Shown here: in pieces, positions 1-8,688 of the stretch
How positions within the stretch are numbered: the stretch's first letter is position 1
How the letters are laid out: each line of letters begins with the position of its first letter
Assembly: GCA_054661495.1 (NCBI GenBank)
Contig: BAAFSQ010000336.1
Location: forward strand, 1 to 10,123
Direction of reading: 5' to 3'
Source: Zygophlyctis sp. KS116
Taxonomy: Eukaryota > Fungi > Chytridiomycota
DNA length: 10,123 nucleotides
Position numbers and translations under genes: made by a program
Notes under the pieces: model-generated
Databases searched by the model: none
The model's input: the letters and a program-made list of their open reading frames with translations, nothing else
Told to the model about the DNA's origin: nothing

Positions 1-679
1 CATCGATGCAATATTTGAAGGAACTCTTCCACTGAGTGGATTTTGTCGAAGACTTCTAAAAATTCAGCCAAGAAAACGTTACAGCTGACGTAAATTTATC
101 AAATTCCCAATTTCGGCAGGAATATTTCCAGTAAATGAATTTTTTCTCATATGGCTAAAATTTCAGTAAGAAGAAAATTACATCCATTCCAGTTTAGTCA
201 AAGTTCCAATCCATGAAGGAATCGAACCGGTGAGACTATTATCAGCAAGAACCCTTAAATTAAATCAACAAACCAATTACAGATATTTCAACTTAGTCAA
301 GTAACTAATTTCTAGTGGAATTGAACCTGAGAGTTGATTATCATACAAATCACTACAATTTTAAATTAGAAAATAATTACAGCGAAGTCAAATTTGTCAA
401 CTTTCCAATTTCAGCAGGGATTGAACCAGAGAGGCCTTTCCCGCTCCACTCAATGGCGGTAACTTTGTTTGTAGAATCACAGTCTACACCAGACATTGAG
501 CAACAAGCAGTGGCACTAGTATGAGAAGCTGAAGTAGATTTCCCCATCAGTTGCCATGATCGGACAACCCAACAACATTGAGGGGAACCTGAATTGCATG
601 AAACCGCTGCATCAGTCCCTGTGATCAATGCCGAGAGAGCCAATGCTAAGATAGAGTTCTTGAGAGATGAAGAAATCAT
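1..679 (-). CDS. Secreted plant-type (24-aa) leucine-rich-repeat protein; 3' part runs off the left edge. Exons 679-381, 352-281, 253-182, 154-83, 55-<1
   Basis: ATG at 679, then a signal peptide (MISSSLKNSILALALSALITGTDA) and a Cys-rich cap (CNSGSPQCCW...CCSMSGVDC). Manual splicing of GT-AG introns 380-353 (28 nt), 280-254, 181-155 and 82-56 (27 nt each) gives stop-free repeats: LDLYDNQLSGSIPLEISYLTKLKY / LVLADNSLTGSIPSWIGTLTKLEW / IHMRKNSFTGNIPAEIGNLINLRQ / LSLRQNPLSGRVPSNIASM. Confidence 0.93.
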
Positions 680-698
680 TGTTTAATTTTTTGAATGA
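677..698 (-). promoter_or_regulatory. Leader motif TCATTCAAAAAATTAAACA-ATG (Inr-like TCATTC plus A-rich start context)
   Basis: Differs by one A from the sequence preceding the ATG at 6550 of an unrelated gene. Confidence 0.55.
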
Positions 699-735
699 AT
701 TGTTTGTGCATTGTTCTTTTGAGTACGTAATCCAG

Positions 736-743
736 TGACGTCA
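736..743. promoter_or_regulatory. Perfect CRE/ATF palindrome TGACGTCA upstream of the LRR gene
   Basis: Exact bZIP consensus ~57 nt upstream of the ATG; a second ACGT-core palindrome TACGTA lies at 724-729. Confidence 0.4.
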
Positions 744-790
744 GGACAATGAAATCCTCAGAAATCCAATGTTCTTCTTAGAGTCCCACA

Positions 791-1225
791 TTATCGATCA
801 CTCACTAATTTATTCCATAATTAATAAAACATTTTGTTACAGGAAGTGCTCGTTATTAGTTCTTTCAGAATCCGATATTATCAATCGCTTTCAGAACAAT
901 CACACAAGCAAGCATTGAAATTCGAAGTCATGTCGCCACTGTATCCAAGGCCTACCAAGACTATAAAACATCTGGTCTGCTCTTTCCTTGCAAATCGGCA
1001 CAAACTTCCGTGGATCGCTGGCAAGTTTTTCAGGTTTACAATAGTAAGTCAAGGCATGATACAATCCTGGTAGGGGTTGCCATCATTGTCGGTCGGATTG
1101 TTTACTTTCGTATCAGTATTACCAGTAGATAGTAAGTTTTCCAAAAAAGTAGAGAAAACTTGTATTCTCTTGACAAGTAAAGGCTTGGAAGGAAATGATA
1201 CTTTACTAAAAGCATATATTCTCAT
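791..1225 (-). pseudogene. Decayed copy of the GNP(Y/F)QDC Cys-rich domain
   Basis: Minus strand reads ...LVKRIQVFST...DGNPYQDCI, a 1-nt frameshift at ~1056, then ALTYYCKPEKL...ICKERADQMFYSLGRPWIQWR, further lesions, and ...LPVT...LWNKLVSDR*. Colinear with 8182-8607 and 9329-9665. Confidence 0.8.
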
Positions 1226-1381
1226 TTTTTATTACGATGAAGTCTATTGATTATAAATTAACTGCATTCACGAATGGTCTACAAAGTAATCGGAACAAGA
1301 GAAATAGATCATTAATTAGCTCAATCAACCAGGACTCTCATCGCCGATTTGTAAGTCTAGGGGTAGTTCAAGGTTAAAAGT

Positions 1382-1652
1382 TTATTGAGATTCTTCCTTT
1401 TCCTTTTTCCATTTTGCTATTCTTTGAGGAAATACTTTTCTTTCAACAGCTAAGATTTAGAATGTTTGTAAAATTACCATAAAATGGAAGGAAAAAGAAA
1501 AAGGCACAAGCAGTCCAATATCCTACAACAAATCTAGATCTGTTTCTTATTCCAAAAGGTACAGGTCCATTTCCTCTCCAGTTGATTCCTTCAAAATGGA
1601 TTGGGCCCCATGGAGAATTTGAGCCTCTCTTTAAGAAACCGCTTTTCAACAT
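1382..1652 (-). CDS. Small single-TM protein (80 aa), probably cytochrome c oxidase subunit VIIc/yeast Cox8-like. Exons 1652-1478, 1449-1382
   Basis: Basic N-terminal presequence, then HFEG...VPFGIRNRSRFVVGYW...FFFFLPFY, resembling the COX7C pattern. A 28-nt GT-AG intron (1477-1450) restores the tail AVERKVFPQRIAKWKKEKEESQ*. Confidence 0.65.
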
Positions 1653-1764
1653 TTTTTACGCGACTCAAACCCTCAAACGCGATTCTAGGGGTTGGTATTG
1701 TGTTGAATCTAAAATCTTGTAGTGAATAACATGCTTTATATTACATTTTTATAAACTGATAAAA

Positions 1765-4240
1765 TTACCAAAAATCCTTTAAAGTGTTGAGAGTCACGTT
1801 TCCATTCAATGAACAATCAGGTACAATATATCTTCCGACTGTAGAATTATAATAGGGTGATCCACAGATTAGTCCGGGTTTGGTATGAAATGTAGTGGAA
1901 CAGTAATCACGAAGAGATAATCCATTGTCTGATCCAGCGATTCGTTTTTTTCTTTTATAGATAAATGATCCATGTCCACCATAATTATCAGAGAATGAAT
2001 TTGGAAGACTATAAATAAATTATACTTTATATACCATTTCCAGATTTCTGTGATTTCAGAATTAAGAGTTCCATTTGTATAAATATCTTTTTGTTCACAG
2101 CAACAGTTGGAAGTGAATTCAGTCCAATTTGCATATCCAGCAAATTCATATTTTGTAATTTCAATCTGGCCCTGTTCGAAAACTAGAGTTGGAATTGAAG
2201 AAGATAAAACATTTGAATTTGTGGTTGATCGGACGACTCCAGCAGTTGTAATACAAATACTTAGAAAACATGCTACTCCAAGCATTAAAAAATATTCAAC
2301 AATTCTATGGACAGAATAATTATTTAGTTCACTGTCGATAGATTTAAACATCTAATTTGATTAATACTTTACAAAATACCTGTTTATCTTGATCAGAAGT
2401 GAAATCATTGATTTTTTTTCCAGCTTTTAGTGCCTTCTTTTCTTCTTTACTCTTTTTGACTCCAAGCCATATTTGATATCCAAAAAATCCAATCGGAAAT
2501 GCAATATTTACAACTCCAAGAATAACAAATGCGGATTGAGGTATATTTACTCCATATGAAACTGCAATACCAACTCCTGCAGTGGCTGTATTTAACAAAA
2601 AACATGTTGAACCAAGTGCATTAACTAGTCCTGACGTGTATGGTCTTTGAATGATTGAGATTAAAAAGAATATGAAATAAAGAGCGCATAGGATCATCTG
2701 CTAATTAGTTTGTAAAACTTACAAGAACTCTGTCTGGGAGATAAAATCCAAAAACAGCCATTCCTACAACCAACATTTTTTGAATAAATATTACAATTTG
2801 ATAATGTCTAAACTTATACTTGTAGCCAAGATATAATATACGACAAATGTTTTGTGATTTTTCCATCTGAAATTCCCATATTTGGTTTTGATTTCCATTT
2901 GCAAACTCTGGTGCTGGGCCCTGACCAACCAACTTTGTTGATGTAGTTACCAAACGGTAAAATAAGAATGGGATCCCAAAAATCACCAAAAATAGAACAG
3001 GAATGGCTCCAGGCAAGTAATACGGATAAACATCATTCATGCAAGATAGGGATGTATCGGATATCTAAGCTTGTTAATCAAAAATTCATACCAGCCTAAA
3101 ATCGGTTTCTCCTCCACATAATTGAGAAGAAATCGTGCATGTATTTGTAAAATTACAAGCTGTACAAGTATCGGTTGTATTCACAACTCTAGCAAAAGTC
3201 TTTAAAATATCGATAATATCTAATGATTAAAAGAATTTAGATTACTTAAATCAGTTGGTATATCAAAATTTCTAACCAATTCAAAACCACTATTACATGT
3301 TTGCTCTGCACAAGCAAATACCTTAAAAATTGAATTTGTCAATGGGATGTAAAGAATTGTCATCAAAAACAGTATGAGTGATCCAATATTTGAACTAAAC
3401 CATCTCCCCGATATATGCAGAAACTTTCTTCCTGAATGAGATAAACTTAGAAAAAAATGGATTCCAATTAATGATCCAAAAACTAGAAAAAAATATCCAA
3501 TACCTGCAGATTCGTCACCATCAACTACCCAATTTGAAGTTCCCGGAGTTGGGAAATCAGCTAGTAAAACACCCAAATATAGTAAACACGAGGCTATGAA
3601 TCCATTCTTGAAAAGAACATACCACGGAGGCCTTTTATGAAGTCTTCCTTTTTTAATTGATGCAATATTTAGTGCCGCCTGGCTATCATAAACTTCATCT
3701 TGTTCAAAATCAATTTGATCTTTAGATCCATTCTTGGAAGAATCAGGTAAAAGTAATTCTGTTGTTGGACTAACTCTAGATCTTATTTCCTTTTTCTTCT
3801 TCCATTTCTTATACGCCATCAATGCATAACCTCCAGCCAATAATACCATCAATCCAGCGCCAACTCCAATCAAAATATCTGCATACTGTTTGATAAGAGC
3901 GAATGCAGTTGATGGCACCGAATATATCACAATTCCCATCAAAAAACTCCCAATGGCACCCAATCCCAATATATATAGCAGCACAATATGTATCGGTTTA
4001 AATAAAGCCAATAGAATGATCGATATAACAAATGGTAGTACATTTACCAAGATCATAACTTGGCTCCTAAATGAATAATCAAATCGCTGAAAATCTAATT
4101 TGATGGCTTGTAACTATTTTTACATGAAAATTAATTACAGCTTCAATTACTTTTTCTGTTTCAGGCGGCCACTGTATATTTACTGCAGAAATTATTCCTA
4201 GATTCTGAACATGATCAATGATTGTAGAAAAAGAATTCAT
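1765..4240 (-). CDS. ~772-aa multipass membrane protein with Cys-rich loops and a Cys-rich C-terminal domain. Exons 4240-4139, 4113-3246, 3219-3092, 3064-2723, 2697(or 2700)-2380, 2351-2035, 2008-1765
   Basis: Four ORF-track pieces join into one frame via introns of 25, 26, 27, 25 (or 22), 28 and 26 nt. Motifs IIDHVQNLGIISAVNIQWP, LISDTSLSC and LYLGYKYKFRHYQIVIFIQK resemble TRP-like (Flc/Pkd2-type) membrane folds. Many hydrophobic segments. Confidence 0.85.
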
Positions 4241-4526
4241 GACTGATCTCTTTCAGATGTCCGAAATGCGTGCGGAAATATCTATGATTCGGAAAAATTA
4301 CCTGCACTACTTATACTTTACTAATATGCGACTGGAATTAATCATCTTTGTGTCGAATCAAGATTAAACCATTTGTAAAGTTCTAAAGTTCTCAAGTCAC
4401 TCGTCTACAAAGTAAAATATTGTAAACATTGAAATATCAGATACTATTTAAAATATTCTGGATTGATAGTATAAAATTCTCTAGGTGACCTGATAGATAT
4501 TGACTTAAACTAGAAAAATAATATTA

Positions 4527-4622
4527 ATGGTGATGGTGGGGACAGTGTGGCCCAGAGGGTGCCTGATCAGGGGCAGGTCGATGCGCAGCGAGCAGTAAGG
4601 ACAGACGTAGGGAACTGCTGAG
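4527..4622. other. GC-rich island (~63% GC by hand count) in the divergent intergenic region, directly upstream of calreticulin
   Basis: Sharp compositional contrast with AT-rich flanks. Contains palindrome CCTGATCAGG (4562-4571) and a 23-codon uORF starting at 4527. Confidence 0.5.
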
Positions 4623-4635
4623 TTATAAATAAAAA

Positions 4636-6012
4636 ATGAAACTTTTATTGAACATTTTAAGTTTGACTGCTGTATTTGGAACTGTTTATTTCAAAGAAAC
4701 GTTTGACGAAGGATTATCGGACAAGTGGATTGAATCTAAATCTAAAGACGATTATGGGAAATTTATAATTTCTGCTGGAAAGTTTTTTGCTGATGCCTCA
4801 TCTTCTAAAGGACTGCAAACTTCTGAAGACGCAAAGTTTTATGCGATCGCTACTCCTTTTGAAAAGGACTTTGATAACACGGATAAAACATTGGTTGTTC
4901 AATTTTCTGTAAAGTTTGAACAAGGGATTGACTGTGGAGGCGGTTATGTGAAGATTCTACCTCCTGGAAACGATTTAACAAAATTAAATGGAGAGAGTAC
5001 ATACAATATTATGTTTGGTCCTGATATCTGCGGAAGTGAAAAGACAACTCACGTAATTTTCTCAAACAAGGGGAAAAATCATCTCTTGAAGAAGAAGATT
5101 AGTGCAGAGTCTGATGAATTAACACGTAAGTTTATCTTTTTTCAGTTTTAAACACTAGATCTTTACACTTTAATCCTTAAACCTGATCAGACTTATTCAG
5201 TATTAATTGATAATAAGGAAGTAGAAAAGGGAGATTTGTTTGCAGATTGGGATATTCTGCCTCCAAAAGAAATAAGTGATCCAAAAGCCTCAAAGCCAAA
5301 AGATTGGGTTGGTAAGTTTATATATTTGATAACAATTTACTAGAAGAGGAAATGATGGCGGATCCAGAAAGTAAGAAGCCAGAAGGTTATGATGACATAC
5401 CCGCTTCAATTCCAGATTCTAGTGCCGTAAAACCAGAAGATTGGTAATTTTAGAAAAGGGAAATACTAAATTTTTAGGGATGATGATATGGATGGAGAAT
5501 GGGAAGCCCCAAAAATTCCAAATCCTGAATATAAGGGAAACTGGACTCCAAAGGTATTCTTAAAGAGGTTATTTATAATTTAGATGATTAAGAACCCAGA
5601 TTATAAAGGTCCTTGGGTTCATCCTAAAGTACCAAATCCTGATTACAAAGAAGACTTGACTCTTTACAAGTACAACTCTGGTGCCATTTTCTTCGACTTG
5701 TGGCAGGTAAAATCCGGAACTATCTTTGATGATATTATTATCACCGATTCTATTGAAGAAGCAAATGAATTTGCCAAAGAAACTTTCTTGAAGAAGAAGG
5801 ACGCTGAGCTTAAAGCCAAGGAAGCAGTAGATGAGAAGGAGAAAGAAAAGAGAATGCAGGAAGAAAAGGAAATGAAGGAGAAGATGAAGGCAAAGAAATC
5901 TGAGGATTCTGAATCTAAAGAAGATGAAACCGAGGAAGAGAAAAGTCCCAACTCTGATGATGATGAAACTGAGGAAACTGAAGAAGATGACCAAGGGCAT
6001 GATGAACTATAA
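4636..6012 (+). CDS. CALR: Calreticulin (415 aa). Exons 4636-5125, 5159-5311, 5344-5443, 5478-5553, 5584-6012
   Basis: Signal peptide, [14 protein letters not shown] and IMFGPDICG signatures, P-domain repeats ([30 protein letters not shown]), [12 protein letters not shown], acidic tail, no TM segment, C-terminal HDEL. Introns of 33, 32, 34 and 30 nt. Confidence 0.97.
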
Positions 6013-6094
6013 ATGAGAAATGAAGATAAAATAAACCAGCTTTGGGACTTTATTTATTTGAGATTTCATGATAATTGGCACAATCTAAACCATT

Positions 6095-6550
6095 TCAAGA
6101 AAGATTGGGTTTTATGCATTTAGCCCAAGTTTTGACAAATTGACACGAAGATTCAGAATCACAATTCGGACCATTTGATGAGTTTGTACAATATTCACCA
6201 ATCCCAGCAATTTTAGGCAGTGAAATGCATTTTCCAGGAGCAGGATCTGATGCCTTAGAATTTGTCAATGGTACAAAACAAGTTAAATCTTTTATACACA
6301 ATTTTTGTGAGTTGACTTGTCCGATCGTTGAGAAACACTCGTCTCCATTGATTGCAGTTCCAATCTGCATTTCTTGAGTTTCTACTGATGATGGATTTCT
6401 AGAAGCAACTGTTAGCGCAATTACTATAATCATGATAATTGTCAGAATTATTCCAGTAAAAATATAGATGATATTCTTTGGGAGAAAAGACAAAAAAATC
6501 GTTTGTTTGATACTAGTCTTTGTATTTTTAATCTTTGTTGTAAATTTCAT
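6095..6550 (-). CDS. Type II single-pass membrane protein (151 aa) with two Cys-rich repeats
   Basis: Lys-rich N-terminus, TM segment IIYIFTGIILTIIMIIVIALTV, then two 4-Cys units: AINGDEC...LCIKDLTC...GKCI and AGIGEYC...NCDSESSC...AKCI. Confidence 0.75.
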   Translation of the reverse strand: MKFTTKIKNTKTSIKQTIFLSFLPKNIIYIFTGIILTIIMIIVIALTVASRNPSSVETQEMQIGTAINGDECFSTIGQVNSQKLCIKDLTCFVPLTNSKASDPAPGKCISLPKIAGIGEYCTNSSNGPNCDSESSCQFVKTWAKCIKPNLS

Positions 6551-6568
6551 TGTTTAATTTTTGAATGA
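6548..6568 (-). promoter_or_regulatory. Second copy of leader motif TCATTCAAAAATTAAACA-ATG
   Basis: Matches 677-698 except for one A in the A run. Confidence 0.55.
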
Positions 6569-6652
6569 CGATTCGTAAGTTCACTTTGAAAAACACTTGT
6601 AAAATCACAAAATGAAAACTAAAATCTTGCCAAACAAAAAAGTCTTAAAATT

Positions 6653-7617
6653 TCACTCTTGTTGAATTAATCCTACAACAATCGTAATATCATCCATTTT
6701 CCCACCTTGATAATATAATCCTTCTTGTATTGCTTTTTCTTGAAATGGAGAATACCTTTTAGTATCTTCTGCAACTTCTCTAGCCTTTTTTAACAATAAT
6801 GATGCAATTCTTGATGGACTAGAGGCCCCTTTAGTTTTTGATGTTACAGAATGAGTTAAACTTGTAATATCTTCATCCTAAAACTTTTAAAAATCCTAAA
6901 ATAAATACAAAAACATTATCAAAGAGTCCATCAGTCCCTAAAATCACAATATCCCCTTCTTTAATCACAACCTGTTCAAAAAAGGCATCAGCAGGTGAGT
7001 CTTTAGACCCAGTCCCCAATTGAAAAGGAAAATTAAAAGAGTGTTGTTGTTCCAAAGTTTTATAAATGCAAACTCCATTACGAATTAATAATAGCCTAGA
7101 ATCTCCAACATTTGCAATTTTCAACTTATTTTCCTAGTATTAATTGAAGAGAAATTACTCTTAAAATTGTAATTAAAGCGGTTGTAGAACCCAATACTTG
7201 ATCTTTAGTTTCATTTAGTAATGCATTAAGTCCCTGTTGCATAATTTTTCTAGGATCTATATTATAATAATCCAACGATGTGATTTCCTCATTTAATAAA
7301 TCGTCATATTTTTCCAATTCTGAAGAAATATAGTGCATCAGTCTCCTAGAAAATAGAGCCGGATCTGCTTTTCTAACAGAGCACCAACCGCCGACCCCAT
7401 CGGCCACCCCCAATGCATCTTTTCTATAGAAATAAGCATCTTCTCCGACTTGAACCGAGAGTTCGTTTGGATCATGTAAAGTCTTTTGGATCTTTTTAGG
7501 GGCTGCAGAGACTCCAACTTCAAATTTAAATGATTTCTTTAGCTGCCGGCTAGTATTTGATGTATGTAGATTAACTTTTAAGAGATGCAATTGTTTAATA
7601 CACAAGAATCTTGACAT
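6653..7617 (-). CDS. PTC7: PTC7/PPTC7-type PP2C protein phosphatase (302 aa). Exons 7617-7159, 7133-6909, 6877-6653
   Basis: Motifs GEDAYF, GVADGVGGW, GSTTA, ANVGDS, QQHSFNFPFQLG, GTDGLFDNVFDEDI and GGKMDDITIVV. Introns of 25 and 31 nt. Basic mitochondrial-type N-terminus. Confidence 0.93.
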
Positions 7618-7756
7618 TTGCGACTTGGCTGCGAATTTTCTGTTTTCTGACGCACAAATTTTGTCGTTTCGTCCGAAATCTTAAACTATGGACAATGCTA
7701 TTAAATCATTCATTAAGAAGAATATTTACTATTTTAAAATTGTTTTGAGAGTTAAA

Positions 7757-7782
7757 TCATAAACCATTTTATTTTTATTTTC
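7757..7782. repeat. Extra left terminus of the T-rich inverted-repeat element (TCATAAACCATTTTATTTTTATTTTC)
   Basis: Matches the ends at 9114 (TCATAAACCATTTTTATTTTTTTC) and 8059. Confidence 0.6.
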
Positions 7783-8055
7783 ATGAGATGTCGGTTCTTA
7801 GACAAGTAAATAAAGTCGTGATCTTTTCTCTATAATAGTCAATTCAGGAAAGTCGATAATATGGGAAATTGATGTATGCAAAGATGCATTAAATGAAAGA
7901 TGAATATTTTTGATTCCAACGCTTGTATTATGATTGCAAGAGGCGAGTTGCCTTTTGAAGACTTATCATCTCAAGGTTCTTTTATGATCATTTCAAAATG
8001 TCCCCTGCTCTTGCATAAAGTTTTAAAGGATTTGAGTTGGTCAGAGAGGAAATCC

Positions 8056-8183
8056 AAGTCAAAAACCATTTTTTTATTGTTATCAATATCAATCGATGAT
8101 ATAATTGAGTTTTTTTGTTTTTTTCTTTAGTTTTATAGTTTTTTTGTTGTTTTCTTTGAGTTTTTAAGTATGGTTTATGACTT
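8056..8183. repeat. T-rich element, copy A, with terminal inverted repeats (MITE-like)
   Basis: AAGTCAAAAACCAT ... ATGGTTTATGACTT (14 bp, 1 mismatch). 8140-8176 is identical to 9242-9278 (37 nt). Confidence 0.65.
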
Positions 8184-8607
8184 ATGGCACTGTAATCATT
8201 GGATTGTGGACAGTCAGTGCAGAAGTGACAGGGATTTTTGTTCCGTCTGGCGTAGTGTAAAATGCATTGTTCTGTAGGGCAATGTTAGCACTTTTGCAGG
8301 CCAGGGAAGATGGTGAACCAGTAGATCCATCAAATGGCCACTTGCCACAATATATGCGAACGTCTCTCCATGGTGATGACAAACTTTTGATCATCTGGTC
8401 AGTTCTTTCTCTGCAATTTCGTATGCGATTTGCATCCCCTCTAATGTAATCGGAGTTACATATATAACCAATAACATTCAAACAGTCCTGATAGGGGTTT
8501 CCACTTGTATCGCTGTTGCAACTAAACCGGTAACCATCTAAATTTAGAGAAAACACTTGGGCTAAAATTCTTTTTCCTCTGACTGATTCAATCGAAAGCA
8601 TGTACAA
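8182..8607 (-). CDS. Open-frame copy of the GNP(Y/F)QDC Cys-rich domain with no signal peptide or LRRs; possibly a 5'-truncated fragment
   Basis: KRILAQVFS...SGNPYQDCLNVIGYICN...CRERTDQM...PWRDVRIYCGKW...CKSANIALQNNAFY...IPVTSAL. Homologous to two other loci in the window, but lacks their LWNKL ending. Confidence 0.65.
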   Translation of the reverse strand: MYMLSIESVRGKRILAQVFSLNLDGYRFSCNSDTSGNPYQDCLNVIGYICNSDYIRGDANRIRNCRERTDQMIKSLSSPWRDVRIYCGKWPFDGSTGSPSSLACKSANIALQNNAFYTTPDGTKIPVTSALTVHNPMITVP

Positions 8608-8688
8608 TGAAAAAAGTGAAGCTCGTACAGTAGAATTTACACATGATGTAGTTGTCAGTCAATCATCAAAATAAAAGGAACAACGGAA

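Noticed and set aside
1-420. ~99-nt periodicity resembling a CRISPR or tandem array
   Set aside because: Explained by 72-nt LRR exons plus 27-nt introns; no identical direct repeats.
315-1073. Plus-strand ORFs 315-524 and 834-1073
   Set aside because: Antisense shadows of the LRR gene and the domain pseudogene; non-ATG starts and no motifs.
2107-4078. Plus-strand ORFs 2107-2319 and 3890-4078
   Set aside because: Antisense to exons of the multipass membrane gene.
4530-4621. Box C/D snoRNA (GTGATGG ... CTGA)
   Set aside because: C box is imperfect, there is no terminal stem, and I could not identify an rRNA-complementary guide.
5569-6000. Hydrophobic minus-strand ORFs 5569-6000 and 5664-5951
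   Set aside because: Antisense of the GAA/AAG-rich calreticulin tail, which produces F/L/S-rich artefacts.
7338-7523. 61-aa alternative-frame ORF
   Set aside because: Lies inside PTC7 exon 1 in another frame with no independent support.
7900-8130. 76-aa plus-strand ORF
   Set aside because: No recognisable motif, and its end runs into the T-rich repeat; not supportable as a gene or transposase.
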